64,000 nt of DNA from an uncultured Veillonellaceae bacterium (GCA_963805085.1 CAWDTA010000005.1:704001-768000), one strand, 5' to 3'. Shown: positions 37,853-48,588, counted from the first letter of the stretch. The notes: a model not told the origin generated them from the letters alone. Translations and numbers: made by a program.

Positions 37853-39904
37853 ATGGACACAAACCAGTACATGGGAATGTTTTTAGAAGAATCTCGCGAA
37901 CATTTGCAAACGCTGAATAGCTGTCTGCTTGAGTTGGAGCATAACCCTGAAAATCCATCTGTACTTAATGAAATTTTTCGTAGTGCACATACAATTAAGG
38001 GCATGTCAGCTACTATGGGGTTTACCGAAATAGCAGAATTAACTCATGAGATGGAAAACGTTCTTGATTTACTTAGAAAAAATCAATTAAAAGCAAATGA
38101 AGATATTGTTGATACTATTTTTAAATGTGTTGATACCTTAGAACAAATGGTTGAAAGCATTGCAAGTGAAACTGAACATGGAATTGATGTTTCTACGCTT
38201 GTGAAAAAACTTGTTGCGATTGCAAAAGGTGAAGCTACTCTAGCTCCCACTGCAAAAACAGAGGTAAAAGAAGCAACTCAGGATGGTAGCGTTCAACAAA
38301 AAGATTTAGTGGATTTAAATGATACTGAACTTGCTGTATTGAATAAAGCGAGAACTTCTGGTTTGCAACCATTTGAAATTAAGATTACATTAAGTGAAAC
38401 TTGTTTATTAAAATCGGCTAGAGCTTATATCATCATGAATGCTTTAGATGAAATTGGCGAAGTAATTAAAACCGTGCCACCATCGGAAGATTTGGAACAA
38501 GAAAATTTTGATAAGAGTTTTGAGATTATATTTATTACGAGCAATGAAAAAGCTAAGGTACAAGAAACGTTATTATCTGTCTCAGAAGTTGCTAGCGTCG
38601 ATATCAATATGATCGACATTGAAGCTGCTGAAGAAGTAATAGACCAAAAACAAGAAGTACCAACTTCCGCGCCAATTGCTTCGAGATCGGAAGAAAAAGC
38701 TGCTCCGGCAAAGCCACCAGCACAGGCACCGGGCATGGATAAAAAATTAAAAAGTGGTCAGTCTGTACGTGTTGATATTGAAAAGCTAGATTCTTTGTTG
38801 AATTTAGTTGGTGAACTTGTTATTAATAAAACTCGTTTAGAACAAATTGGTATCACACATCGTTTGACTGAATTGGTGGAAACCATAGAACAAATGGATC
38901 GAGTAACGACTGATTTGCAGTCTGTTGTGATGAAAGTTAGAATGGTTCCAGTTGGACAAGTCTTTAATCGGTTCCCTCGTATGGTACGTGATTTATCTCG
39001 TGAATTAAACAAGGAAATTAACTTAACCATTGAAGGGGAAGAAACAGAACTTGATAGAACTGTTATTGATGAAATTGGTGATCCTCTAGTTCATTTAATT
39101 AGAAATTCTCTTGATCATGGTGTTGAACATCCAGACGATCGTGTCGCCAAAGGTAAAGATGCAATAGGTGAAGTTCGTTTGATTGCGCGGCATGAAGGAA
39201 ATAATGTTATTATCATGGTGGAAGATGATGGAAAAGGTATTGATCCTGAGATCATTAAAAGCAAAGCGGTGGAAAAAGGGATTATTAGTCAAGATGATGC
39301 CGATAAAATGGACGATAATGAAGCAGTACGCTTAGTGTTTCTGCCAGGGTTTTCAACAGCTGATGTTATTACTGACGTGTCGGGTCGTGGCGTTGGGATG
39401 GATGTTGTTAGAAGTAAGATCGAATCACTTGGCGGCTTAATTGATGTTGAAACAAAAATTGATCAAGGCAGTAAATTTAAAATTCGTTTACCGTTAACAT
39501 TAGCGATAATTCAAGCACTATTGGTTAAAGTGCACCAAGAAATTTATGCTATCCCATTAGGTAATATTGATAGTACAATCAATATTACGATGGATGATAT
39601 TAAAACAATTCAGAATAAAGAAGTTATTTTGCTTCGTGGTCAAATTATACCAATTATTAGATTGGCAGATGTTTTGAATGTTCCTGAAGTTCAAGATAGC
39701 GAAAACAACGAGCTATTTGTTGTTGTTGTACATATGGGTGAACAAAAAGCCGGCATTATCGTGGATAATTTAATAGGTCAACAAGAAATCGTAATTAAAA
39801 CGTTAGGGAACTTATTGACTGGTATTAAAGTAATTGCCGGTGCTACGATTTTAGGAAATGGACAGGTTGCTTTAATATTAGATGTTGGAACTTTAATGCA
39901 GTAA
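37853..39904 (+). CDS. cheA: Chemotaxis histidine kinase CheA
   Basis: FRSAHTIKG, HLIRNSLDHG, DDGKG, SGRGVGMDVV, CheW domain. Confidence 0.97.
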   Translation: MDTNQYMGMFLEESREHLQTLNSCLLELEHNPENPSVLNEIFRSAHTIKGMSATMGFTEIAELTHEMENVLDLLRKNQLKANEDIVDTIFKCVDTLEQMVESIASETEHGIDVSTLVKKLVAIAKGEATLAPTAKTEVKEATQDGSVQQKDLVDLNDTELAVLNKARTSGLQPFEIKITLSETCLLKSARAYIIMNALDEIGEVIKTVPPSEDLEQENFDKSFEIIFITSNEKAKVQETLLSVSEVASVDINMIDIEAAEEVIDQKQEVPTSAPIASRSEEKAAPAKPPAQAPGMDKKLKSGQSVRVDIEKLDSLLNLVGELVINKTRLEQIGITHRLTELVETIEQMDRVTTDLQSVVMKVRMVPVGQVFNRFPRMVRDLSRELNKEINLTIEGEETELDRTVIDEIGDPLVHLIRNSLDHGVEHPDDRVAKGKDAIGEVRLIARHEGNNVIIMVEDDGKGIDPEIIKSKAVEKGIISQDDADKMDDNEAVRLVFLPGFSTADVITDVSGRGVGMDVVRSKIESLGGLIDVETKIDQGSKFKIRLPLTLAIIQALLVKVHQEIYAIPLGNIDSTINITMDDIKTIQNKEVILLRGQIIPIIRLADVLNVPEVQDSENNELFVVVVHMGEQKAGIIVDNLIGQQEIVIKTLGNLLTGIKVIAGATILGNGQVALILDVGTLMQ

Positions 39905-39920
39905 GTGAGGGGTGAAAACT

Positions 39921-40385
39921 ATGTCAGAAAAAACGTATTCAAATGATGAAGTTCAAGTAGTAGCATTTAAATTAGCTCGTGAAGAATATGGGGTAGATAT
40001 TTTAAATGTGCAAGAAATAAAAAAATTGACTGATATTACGCGTGTTCCCTATACGCCAGATTTTATTAAAGGCGTTATGAATTTACGTGGTAGTGTATTA
40101 CCTGTCATTGATTTAAAAAAACGTTTAAGCTTAGTTGAAGAGCCTTATTCAGAAGATACTCGGATTATTATTGTTAAAGTTGATGATATTTCTGTGGGGA
40201 TGATTGTTGATGCAGTTACGGAAGTTTTAGCAGTCGGACCAGAAAGTATAGAAGCACCAGAGGCTGTTGTTGATGGTAATGCAAGCGGTAATAGTTTTAT
40301 TAGTGGGGTAGGTAATCTAAATAATCGTTTAGTTATAATGCTTAAATTAAATGAGATTATCGGGTTAAATAGTGAAGTAAAATAA
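39921..40385 (+). CDS. cheW: Chemotaxis coupling protein CheW
   Basis: VQEI, GVMNLRGSVLPVIDL. Confidence 0.95.
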   Translation: MSEKTYSNDEVQVVAFKLAREEYGVDILNVQEIKKLTDITRVPYTPDFIKGVMNLRGSVLPVIDLKKRLSLVEEPYSEDTRIIIVKVDDISVGMIVDAVTEVLAVGPESIEAPEAVVDGNASGNSFISGVGNLNNRLVIMLKLNEIIGLNSEVK

Positions 40386-40407
40386 TCTTGGTAGATGAAT
40401 AAATGAG

Positions 40408-41034
40408 GTGTCAGTAGTGACCGATGAAATATTAAATTTATCTGAAGACCAACTGGATGCGCTTAGAGAAATTGGCAATGTTGGTGCTGGAAATTCAGCG
40501 ACCGCCTTGTCGCAAATTATTAGTCGTAAGATTGATATGTCAGTCCCTAAAGTAGCGATTATGCCATTGGGGGATGTCCCTGACGTTGTTGGCGGTCCGG
40601 ATGCAATGGTCGTAGGTGTTTTTTTAAGGGTATATGGATTGGCTCCAGGTAGTGTGTTGTTTTTATTACCTCGAGATAGTGCTTTCTATTTAATTGATAT
40701 GCTCATGGGAAAAGAACGTGGGAGTACTAAAACTTTAGATTTTATGGATGAGTCAGCATTAATGGAAATAGGTAATATTTTGGCTGGTTCTTATTTAAAT
40801 GCGCTATCCCATTTTACAAAATTAACTTTATTACCGTCTATTCCAGCTTTGGCTTTGGATATGGCTGGTGCTATCTTGAGTGTAGTATTGGTTCAATTGG
40901 GACAAATGGGTGACCATGCGCTGGTAATTGAAACAGAATTTTTATCTGAAGATGATGGTATTAGAGGACATTTCTTTTTAATCCCTGATCCTGGATCATT
41001 GAATACTATTTTGACCGCAGTAGGGGTGAAATAA
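40408..41034 (+). CDS. cheC: Chemotaxis phosphatase CheC
   Basis: DALREIGNVGAG and SALMEIGNI. Confidence 0.94.
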   Translation: MSVVTDEILNLSEDQLDALREIGNVGAGNSATALSQIISRKIDMSVPKVAIMPLGDVPDVVGGPDAMVVGVFLRVYGLAPGSVLFLLPRDSAFYLIDMLMGKERGSTKTLDFMDESALMEIGNILAGSYLNALSHFTKLTLLPSIPALALDMAGAILSVVLVQLGQMGDHALVIETEFLSEDDGIRGHFFLIPDPGSLNTILTAVGVK

Positions 41035-41522
41035 TGATGTCAGAGTTAATTAGAGTAGGAATGGCTGATTATAAAGTCGGGTGTTCGCCGGCATCATTAA
41101 TTAGCTATGGTTTGGGATCTTGTATTGGGATAGCCTTTTATGATCCTTTTGCTAAGATTGGTGGTTTGTTACACATTATGCTTCCCGATAGTTCACAAGC
41201 ACGCTCAAATGAAAATCCAGCTAAATTTGCTGATACTGGTATTCCCTTAATGCTCAATGACATGGTTTCATTAGGAGCTGTAAAGAACCGTATTGTTGCT
41301 AAAATAGCAGGTGGAGCTCAAATGTTTAAATTTGCAAATGCAACAGATATTATGCGTGTTGGCGAACGAAATGCCGAAGCTGTTAAAACGATATTAAAAG
41401 ATCTAAATATCAAGCTTATTGCCAATGATACTGGTGGTAACTATGGTAGAACAGTGGAATTAAAATTAGAAACTGGTGTCTATAGAATTAAAACGATTGA
41501 TAAAGGTGAAAAAGAACTTTAA
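41034..41522 (+). CDS. cheD: Chemoreceptor glutamine deamidase CheD
   Basis: GLGSC, HIMLP, AKIAGGAQMF, VGERN, DTGGNYGR. Confidence 0.95.
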   Translation: MMSELIRVGMADYKVGCSPASLISYGLGSCIGIAFYDPFAKIGGLLHIMLPDSSQARSNENPAKFADTGIPLMLNDMVSLGAVKNRIVAKIAGGAQMFKFANATDIMRVGERNAEAVKTILKDLNIKLIANDTGGNYGRTVELKLETGVYRIKTIDKGEKEL

Positions 41523-41532
41523 GCAGGTGATT

Positions 41533-41901
41533 ATGGTGTTAAAGATATGGCTGGCTATTGGACTGGCATTGACTGTTGCTATGATAATTATTTTGATGGG
41601 GATTATGAATCAGGCTAGGTTCACAGTCATATTGTATCGTACAATATTTTCAATTGGCATTTTTGCAAGTTGTGGTTATATTATAGGTATGGTTTGTGAA
41701 ACAAGGTTTTTGCCCTATGCGAAAAAACTTCTAGAAACTGATGTAAATAATCAATATGATAATGAGATGAAAACAATTGACGAAGAAGAAGCTAGTATTG
41801 ATGTTGATCCTGAGCATTTGACAGAAGAACAAAAAGAAGCTGAGTTTGCTCCATTTACCACAGATAATTTAAAACATGTTGTTTCGCCACCTAACAGTTG
41901 A
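41533..41901 (+). CDS. Hypothetical membrane protein (two TMs, acidic tail)
   Basis: ATG after AGGTG; between cheD and fliA. Confidence 0.7.
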   Translation: MVLKIWLAIGLALTVAMIIILMGIMNQARFTVILYRTIFSIGIFASCGYIIGMVCETRFLPYAKKLLETDVNNQYDNEMKTIDEEEASIDVDPEHLTEEQKEAEFAPFTTDNLKHVVSPPNS

Positions 41902-41923
41902 TTGGTAATTGGAGGGGTGCAAA

Positions 41924-42682
41924 ATGTCTAATAACTTAAACGAGCAAAAATATTATATTGATGATTTGTGGAATGCTTATCAAGAAGATAGAAATCCTGA
42001 AATTAGGGAAAAATTAGTTCACGTATATTTATCCCTAGTGAATATAATTGCTGGACGTATTGCAATTAGTTTACCTGCATATGTAGACCGTGATGATTTA
42101 ATTAGTTGTGGCTTTTTTGGTTTATTAGATGCGATAGAGCGGTATGAGCCAACTCGTGGTAATAAATTTGAGACATATGCAGGTGTTAGGATCCGAGGGG
42201 CTATTCTAGATTCGCTTCGAGCAAAGGATTGGTTACCTGTTTCGCTGAGACAAAAGATCAGAAAGTATGAACATGTAGTTAGTGAATTGGAAGCGAATTT
42301 TGGCAGGGCGGCAACGGATAGGGAAATTGCTGATAAATTAGGTGTTTCTGTTAATGATTTAAGTGTGTTGCTAAATCAATTAAATGTCGCAACCGTGATA
42401 CCACTTGAAGAATATGTTAAATCTGAACCTGTAAGAGGTACCACAGTTAGTCCATCAGATAATATTGAACATAAAGAATTACAAGATAGCTTAGCAAAGG
42501 CAATTGACAAGCTGCCAGAAAAAGAAAGATTAGTCGTTTCTTTATATTATTATGATGAATTGACTTTGAAAGAAATAAGCTTGATTTTGAAGTTGTCTGA
42601 AGCAAGAATTTCACAATTACACACAAAGGCTGTTTTTCGTATGCGTGGATACTTGTCTAGAATTAAATCTAGTTTAATATAA
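41924..42682 (+). CDS. fliA: Flagellar sigma factor SigD/FliA
   Basis: KFETYA..RIRGAILD.LR..DW, YYYDELTLKEI, SEARISQLH. Confidence 0.95.
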   Translation: MSNNLNEQKYYIDDLWNAYQEDRNPEIREKLVHVYLSLVNIIAGRIAISLPAYVDRDDLISCGFFGLLDAIERYEPTRGNKFETYAGVRIRGAILDSLRAKDWLPVSLRQKIRKYEHVVSELEANFGRAATDREIADKLGVSVNDLSVLLNQLNVATVIPLEEYVKSEPVRGTTVSPSDNIEHKELQDSLAKAIDKLPEKERLVVSLYYYDELTLKEISLILKLSEARISQLHTKAVFRMRGYLSRIKSSLI

Positions 42683-42735
42683 AAGTAGTATTTTGGATGT
42701 AATAATATTACTATAGAAACGAATGTATTGTTTAG

Positions 42736-42789
42736 TTTGCATCAATATATGAAAATAAACAAAATTTTGTTTTTCTATATTGATGCAAA
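42736..42789. repeat. Long imperfect inverted repeat between fliA and the DUF342 gene
   Basis: TTTGCATCAATATA...TATATTGATGCAAA (14-bp perfect arms) plus inner AACAAA/TTTGTT pairing. Confidence 0.7.
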
Positions 42790-42828
42790 TAACTGGTTCG
42801 TAATATAGTTTCGGGGGAGGTATTTTAC

Positions 42829-44475
42829 ATGGATGATAAAAATACAGAGTTTGAATGTTCCGAAACGGGAAGTGAAGAAAAGGGGTATCTATTAAAATTT
42901 AAGAAAGACGGGGTTTTCTTTTCTGTTTTTCCAAATGATGATGAAACAAATTTGTTTGAGTTAACTGATATTACAAAAATTTTAGATGAGCATGGCGTTC
43001 CCAATTATAGTATTGAATTACTTATGAAGGTAGTTCGTGAAAAAGATGGGATTGAAGTTAAAATAAGTGATGATTTACCGCCACAAGAGAAAGCGGACCC
43101 AATTGATCCAGAAATAAAAATTTATCCAAGTAAAGATAAAATGGAAGCAATAGTAAACATTACGATTTTAGATAAAAATGTAAAGCCTACATTTAATATG
43201 GTTATGGATAAGCTTAATGAAAAAGGCATTGTCTTTGGTATTGATGAAGAAGCGATAAAAAAAGCAGTGAAAAGTGCAATTGAATCAGACTTGTCGTGTG
43301 AAATGTTAGTTGCTCAAGGAACTAGACCTACGAATGGTACCGATGCAAAGCTGCTAAAACTTGTCGACAATGATGCTAAAGGAAGACCTGCCGATTTAGA
43401 GCATGGTAGAGTCGATTTCAAAAATTTAAACTTATTTACGATTGTAACAAAAGGCCAAATCTTAGCAGAACGAATTCCACATACTCAAGGAAGCCCAGGG
43501 ATGAATATATTTGGCGATACTGTTGCAGCAAAGCCTGGTAAGCCATTTATGATACCAGCCGGTAAGAATACACAAATTATTGAGGAACATAAGGTTGTTT
43601 CTTTAATTGATGGCCAATTTTCAATGACAGGAAATAAGATGACTGTTACGCCTACGATTGAGATTAAAGGCGATGTAGACTTATCGACAGGTAATATTAC
43701 TTTTAATGGTAGTGTTATTATTCGTGGCAGTGTACAAATGGGCTTTGAGGTAAAAGCGGAAGGCGATATTGAAGTTTATGGCAGTATTAGTGGTGGCACT
43801 GTAGAAGGAAAAAATATCACTGTAAAAGCTGGAATTCAAGGAATGCAACGGGGCATTATTAAGGCAAAGGAAGATGTGAAAGCCAGTTTTGCTGAAAATG
43901 CCCAAATTGTTGCTGGCCGGGATATTATGATCAGTGAAGCAGTTTTGCATTGTAATCTTAGTGCGGGTAAAAAAATCGTTGTTCAAGGGAAAAGGGGGAT
44001 GATTGCTGGTGGAATAGCGGTTGCAGGGGAAGAGATTCTTGTAAAAATTGCAGGCAATCAAATGGATACTGTCACGAAGCTTGAAGTGGGGATCAATCCA
44101 ATGCTTCGTGAGGAATATAGCACAACAAAAAAAGCCCTTAAAAAATCAGAGGAAGATTTAGATCAAGCCAAAAAAGCCTTAAATGTGTTAAAAGCTGTAA
44201 ATCCAGATGATCTTCCTTTAGCGAAGAAGGAATTGTTGCTTCGCTTAACAAAATCACAATTTCCCCTTGCTGGGGAAGTAAAAAAATTTAAAGATAGGAT
44301 TGCAACAATTGAAGCTGAATTCGATAATTTAAAATCTGGTAAAATTAAAGTGGCTGAAATTACATATCCTGGGGTTAAAATTATTGTTAGATCAGTTGTT
44401 AAACAGCTGAAAACGGCGACACAACATTGCACTTTTTCTGAAGAAAATGGCGAAGTTAAGATTAGTGAATATTAG
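42829..44475 (+). CDS. FapA/DUF342 family protein
   Basis: GDVDLSTGNITFNGSV.IRG.V, GG..AG, YPGV beta-helix motifs. Confidence 0.85.
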   Translation: MDDKNTEFECSETGSEEKGYLLKFKKDGVFFSVFPNDDETNLFELTDITKILDEHGVPNYSIELLMKVVREKDGIEVKISDDLPPQEKADPIDPEIKIYPSKDKMEAIVNITILDKNVKPTFNMVMDKLNEKGIVFGIDEEAIKKAVKSAIESDLSCEMLVAQGTRPTNGTDAKLLKLVDNDAKGRPADLEHGRVDFKNLNLFTIVTKGQILAERIPHTQGSPGMNIFGDTVAAKPGKPFMIPAGKNTQIIEEHKVVSLIDGQFSMTGNKMTVTPTIEIKGDVDLSTGNITFNGSVIIRGSVQMGFEVKAEGDIEVYGSISGGTVEGKNITVKAGIQGMQRGIIKAKEDVKASFAENAQIVAGRDIMISEAVLHCNLSAGKKIVVQGKRGMIAGGIAVAGEEILVKIAGNQMDTVTKLEVGINPMLREEYSTTKKALKKSEEDLDQAKKALNVLKAVNPDDLPLAKKELLLRLTKSQFPLAGEVKKFKDRIATIEAEFDNLKSGKIKVAEITYPGVKIIVRSVVKQLKTATQHCTFSEENGEVKISEY

Positions 44476-44518
44476 TTTGCTCATGAAGCGTCTAATTACT
44501 TATAGGTTGGTGAGATAG

Positions 44519-44839
44519 ATGAATATTAGTCCATTAGATATGCAAGTAATTATTCCAAAGTCTACAGAAATTGCTAAATCTCAGCAGGTGCGGGATCATC
44601 AAAATGTGGTTCAACAGGAACATGGTGCTGCACAATTTCAACAACAAGCTGATGTTAAATTAACCCAAGTACAAACGGCAGAGAAGTCGCAAGGTGAAAA
44701 AATTAAAAACAAACAAAATAAAGAGCAGGGTAAAAGGGAAACTAGCCAAAATGGTAATCAACACGAAGAAGAACCTAGCGAAGAAGCACCGATGGCGGTC
44801 GATAGTATTCGCGGGAGGCATGTTGATATCAAAATGTGA
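44519..44839 (+). CDS. Hypothetical protein (flagellar-cluster associated)
   Basis: PLDMQVIIPKS start and GRHVDIK end. Confidence 0.7.
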   Translation: MNISPLDMQVIIPKSTEIAKSQQVRDHQNVVQQEHGAAQFQQQADVKLTQVQTAEKSQGEKIKNKQNKEQGKRETSQNGNQHEEEPSEEAPMAVDSIRGRHVDIKM

Positions 44840-44869
44840 TAGGTATTTTTGCGATGCTAGAGGTGTTGT

Positions 44870-45424
44870 ATGGTTGCGGCAATGATAGGTTTCTTTTTCA
44901 TACTCATCGTGATGGTGGTTGTGATTATTAAGCGACAAATTGAAAAAAATAAGGTATCAAAAAATAGCTTTGACCAGTCTGCAGCAAGATTGCAGTTACA
45001 GTTAGAAGAAGCCGCAGATGTTATTATAGCCAGTATGGAAAATCATGTAAATCATTTAGAGTTTTTAATTGAAGAAGCAGATATCAAGATTGGTGAATTA
45101 GATCATCGTATTAAAACGATAGAAGAGCTTTCTCAAAAACAACTGAGTTTTGAGGGAGAGCCAGAGGTTTTTCGTGTGAACGACGTAAACTTAGTGACAA
45201 ATCATGTAGAAATGATTAAAAAGGTTACTAAACAAGAAACAGAAGTAACCAAAGTTATGCGACCTAAATTCGTTCTAAAAGATTCGGCAATTAATTCAGC
45301 AGTATCTGAGATGATTGATAAAGGCTGTTCATTGGATCAAATAGCAAAAGAAACTGGAATTGGCAAGGGTGCAATTAAATTAATTAAGCAAATGCATAAA
45401 AATAAAAGTTTAGACAAATTATAA
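44870..45424 (+). CDS. Membrane-anchored coiled-coil protein with C-terminal HTH (SwrB/YlxL-like position)
   Basis: N-terminal TM, coiled coil, IAKETGIGKGAIKLI; last gene before rpsB. Confidence 0.7.
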   Translation: MVAAMIGFFFILIVMVVVIIKRQIEKNKVSKNSFDQSAARLQLQLEEAADVIIASMENHVNHLEFLIEEADIKIGELDHRIKTIEELSQKQLSFEGEPEVFRVNDVNLVTNHVEMIKKVTKQETEVTKVMRPKFVLKDSAINSAVSEMIDKGCSLDQIAKETGIGKGAIKLIKQMHKNKSLDKL

Positions 45425-45442
45425 CTTAGTAGTAAAATATTC

Positions 45443-45471
45443 TTGTTATATTAATTTAAATATGATATACT
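45443..45471 (+). promoter_or_regulatory. SigA promoter of rpsB-tsf
   Basis: TTGTTA-N17-TATACT with extended TG. Confidence 0.65.
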
Positions 45472-45477
45472 TTAAAA

Positions 45478-45570
45478 CGGTGTAAAAAACGCACGCATTT
45501 TAATTTTGTACTGTGCCGATTCGGTGAAAACAAAAGATGAGGAATGCGGAGGAAAAAAAACAGGAGGTGC
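45478..45570 (+). ncRNA. rpsB 5' leader (S2 autoregulatory element, candidate)
   Basis: CGCATT...AATGCG closing stem, TTTTGT/ACAAAA inner stem, GCGGAGG; directly upstream of rpsB. Confidence 0.55.
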
Positions 45571-45575
45571 ACCCA

Positions 45576-46292
45576 ATGGCAGTTATTTCCATGAAACAAT
45601 TATTAGAAGCTGGTGTTCATTTTGGACATCAAACTAGAAGATGGAATCCTAAAATGGCTACTTACATCTTCACAGAACGTAACGGGATCTATATTATTGA
45701 TTTACAAAAGACAGTGAAAAAAGTAGATGAAGCATACAACTTCCTTCGTGATGTTGCAGCACAAGGCGAAACTATTCTTTTCGTTGGTACTAAGAAACAA
45801 GCACAAGAAGCTGTTAAAGATGAAGCTATTAAATCTGACATGTACTATGTTAATGAAAGATGGCTAGGCGGCATGCTTACGAACTTCCAAACAATTCAAA
45901 AACGTATCAATCGTTTAAAAGAATTGGAAGCGATGGAGGAAAACGGAACTTTTGAAGTCTTAACTAAAAAAGAAGTTCTTGCACTTCGTCATGAAATGGA
46001 AAGATTACAAAAATTCTTAGGCGGTATCAAGACTATGACGAAGCTTCCAGGAGCTTTATTCATCGTTGATCCTCGCAAAGAAAGAATTGCTGTAGCTGAA
46101 GCTAAAAAACTTGGCATTCCAATCGTTGGTATTGTTGATACTAACTGTGATCCAGATGAAATTGATTATGTTATCCCAGCGAATGATGATGCAATTCGTG
46201 CTGTAAAACTTCTTACTGCAAGAATGGCGGATGCTGTGATTGAAGGGCGTCAAGGCGAAGCCACTGAAGAAGAAGAAGAAGAAAATATATAA
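45576..46292 (+). CDS. rpsB: 30S ribosomal protein S2
   Basis: [37 protein letters not shown]. Confidence 0.98.
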   Translation: MAVISMKQLLEAGVHFGHQTRRWNPKMATYIFTERNGIYIIDLQKTVKKVDEAYNFLRDVAAQGETILFVGTKKQAQEAVKDEAIKSDMYYVNERWLGGMLTNFQTIQKRINRLKELEAMEENGTFEVLTKKEVLALRHEMERLQKFLGGIKTMTKLPGALFIVDPRKERIAVAEAKKLGIPIVGIVDTNCDPDEIDYVIPANDDAIRAVKLLTARMADAVIEGRQGEATEEEEEENI

Positions 46293-46296
46293 ATAA

Positions 46297-46329
46297 TTAA
46301 AGGGTAAGGGAATCTTCCCTTACCTTTAA
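46297..46329 (+). terminator. Hairpin/attenuator between rpsB and tsf
   Basis: TTAAAGGGTAAGGGAA-tc-TTCCCTTACCTTTAA. Confidence 0.6.
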
Positions 46330-46352
46330 GTTTGATAAATAGGGGGATTTGT

Positions 46353-47003
46353 ATGGCAACTATAACTGCTGCAATGGTTAAAGAATTGCGCGAAATGACT
46401 GGCGCTGGTATGATGGATTGCAAAAAAGCGTTAGGTGAAACTGAAGGTAATATTGAAAAAGCTGTTGACTTTTTACGTGAAAAAGGGCTAGCGGCGGCTG
46501 CTAAAAAAGCTGGGCGTATTGCTGCTGAAGGTGTTGTTGAAGCTTATATTCATGGTGGCGGAAGAATTGGTGTCATGGTTGAAATTAACTGTGAAACTGA
46601 TTTCGTTGCAAAAACGGATGACTTTAAAGAATTAGCTCGTGACGTTGCTATGCAAATTGCTGCGACAAATCCTTTATTTGTTCGTCGTGAAGATGTTGAT
46701 CCTACTGTGATTGAACATGAACGCGAAGTATTCCGTGCGCAAGCTTTAAATGAAGGCAAACCTGAAAAAATCGTTGAAAAAATGGTTGTCGGTCGTATTG
46801 AAAAATATTACAAAGAAATCTGCTTAATGGAGCAATCTTTTATTAAAGATCCAGATCAAACAATTTCCCAAATTATTAATGGTAAAATTTCTAAAATTGG
46901 TGAAAACATCTCTGTTAGAAGATTTACTAGATATCAACTTGGTGAAGGTATTGAGAAAAAAGTAGATGATTTTGCTGCGGAAGTAATGGCTGCTGTAAAA
47001 TAA
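46353..47003 (+). CDS. tsf: Elongation factor Ts (short form)
   Basis: [27 protein letters not shown]. Confidence 0.97.
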   Translation: MATITAAMVKELREMTGAGMMDCKKALGETEGNIEKAVDFLREKGLAAAAKKAGRIAAEGVVEAYIHGGGRIGVMVEINCETDFVAKTDDFKELARDVAMQIAATNPLFVRREDVDPTVIEHEREVFRAQALNEGKPEKIVEKMVVGRIEKYYKEICLMEQSFIKDPDQTISQIINGKISKIGENISVRRFTRYQLGEGIEKKVDDFAAEVMAAVK

Positions 47004-47004
47004 T

Positions 47005-47034
47005 AAAAAGAGAACACTATGTGTTCTCTTTTTT
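47005..47034 (+). terminator. Intrinsic terminator after tsf
   Basis: AAAAAGAGAACAC-tat-GTGTTCTCTTTTTT. Confidence 0.85.
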
Positions 47035-47041
47035 AAAAATC

Positions 47042-47068
47042 AAAGGAATATTATAATATTTGTCGAAT
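47042..47068 (+). promoter_or_regulatory. Candidate SigH promoter of pyrH, overlapping a 0A-box-like TGTCGAA
   Basis: AAAGGAATA-N11-GTCGAAT fits RNAGGAWWW-N11/12-RNNGAAT. Confidence 0.5.
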
Positions 47069-47088
47069 GAATATAGAGACTGGGGGTT

Positions 47089-47820
47089 TTGTATTTGGAA
47101 ACGACTAAATATAAACGTGTAATTCTAAAACTAAGTGGTGAAGCTCTCGCTGGTGGTAAAGGGTTTGGTATTGACCCAGTTGTTGTGGAATCAATTGCTC
47201 TACAAATAAAAGAAATTCGTAAAAATGACATTGACGTCGCTGTTGTTGTAGGTGGCGGAAATATTTGGCGTGGCCTTGCTGGTAGTTCTAAAGGTATGGA
47301 TCGTGCGACTGCTGATTATATGGGAATGCTTGCTACCGTTATGAATGGTCTAGCACTCCAAGATGCTTTAGAAAAAGTTGATGTAGATACTCGTGTACAA
47401 AGTGCAATTGAAATGAGACAAATGGCGGAATCCTATATTAGACGGAAAGCAATTCGCCATCTTGAAAAAGGTAGAGTTGTAATTTTTGCCGCTGGTACTG
47501 GTAATCCTTATTTTTCAACTGATACTACAGCAGCACTTCGTGCCGCTGAAATAGAAGCTGATGTTATTTTGATGGCCAAGAAAAATACAGATGGTGTTTA
47601 TGATGCAGATCCTCGTTATAATCCTAATGCGAAGAAATTTGAGACATTAGAATATATTGAGGTGCTTCAACGTGGACTAGCTGTTATGGACTCAACGGCA
47701 ACTAGTTTGTGCATGGATAATAAAATCCCAATTATTGTGTTTAATATTGATGAACATACGAATATTTTAAAAGTGGCTATGGGACAAAATATTGGGACTA
47801 CTGTGGGAGGCAAAGCGTAG
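47089..47820 (+). CDS. pyrH: Uridylate kinase
   Basis: [36 protein letters not shown] start at 47089 or 47095. Confidence 0.97.
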   Translation: MYLETTKYKRVILKLSGEALAGGKGFGIDPVVVESIALQIKEIRKNDIDVAVVVGGGNIWRGLAGSSKGMDRATADYMGMLATVMNGLALQDALEKVDVDTRVQSAIEMRQMAESYIRRKAIRHLEKGRVVIFAAGTGNPYFSTDTTAALRAAEIEADVILMAKKNTDGVYDADPRYNPNAKKFETLEYIEVLQRGLAVMDSTATSLCMDNKIPIIVFNIDEHTNILKVAMGQNIGTTVGGKA

Positions 47821-48377
47821 TGATTAAAGAAGTATTTAGTTCTCATGAAGATAGAATGAAAAAAACGATTGAAGCACTAAAAAGAGAATATTCATCGTTG
47901 CGTGCTGGTCGTGCAACTCCAGCATTGTTAGATAAAGTGATGGTTGATTATTATGGGACACCTACGCCTGTAAATCAAGTTGCAAATATTAGTGTGCCTG
48001 AACCAAGAATGATTACGATTCAGCCTTGGGAAAAACCAATGTTAGCAGCAATTGAAAAGGCAATTATGAAATCGGATTTAGGTTTAAATCCTAATAGTGA
48101 TGGGACAATGATTCGTTTGTCAATTCCACAACTTACGCAAGAAAGGCGTAACGAACTTGCTAAGACCACGCATAAAAAAGCTGAGGATGCTAAAATTTCG
48201 TTAAGAAATATTCGCCGTGATGCAAATGATGCGATTAAAAAGCTTGAGAAAGATAAAGCTATCAATGAAGATGAAAACAAGAAAGCTCAAGATGATATGC
48301 AAAAAATCGTTGATAAATATATTAAAGAAATTGATGCTGTAATGGCTGGTAAAGAAAAAGAAATAATGGAAGTGTAA
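47820..48377 (+). CDS. frr: Ribosome recycling factor
   Basis: LRAGRATP, YYGTPTP, RNIRRDAN, KEKEIM. Confidence 0.97.
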   Translation: MIKEVFSSHEDRMKKTIEALKREYSSLRAGRATPALLDKVMVDYYGTPTPVNQVANISVPEPRMITIQPWEKPMLAAIEKAIMKSDLGLNPNSDGTMIRLSIPQLTQERRNELAKTTHKKAEDAKISLRNIRRDANDAIKKLEKDKAINEDENKKAQDDMQKIVDKYIKEIDAVMAGKEKEIMEV

Positions 48378-48381
48378 GGAA

Positions 48382-48582
48382 TTGGATACTGTAGGTCTAC
48401 TTTTAAAAGATGTCATTGCCAAATTAGATAATGACGGCTGTAAGTATACTGTTGAACGTACATATCCTACTCGTGACTACTTTCCAATTGATGAGGAAAT
48501 GCTTTACGTTGTTAGACAGCAGCAACAAGAAGATGGTTCTTTACAATTGGTAGTAGCAGCAACAATGAGAAAGGAGGTGTGA
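48382..48582 (+). CDS. Small hypothetical protein (66 aa)
   Basis: ORF fills the frr-ferredoxin gap exactly; TTG start. Confidence 0.6.
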   Translation: MDTVGLLLKDVIAKLDNDGCKYTVERTYPTRDYFPIDEEMLYVVRQQQQEDGSLQLVVAATMRKEV

Positions 48583-48588
48583 TTGACC

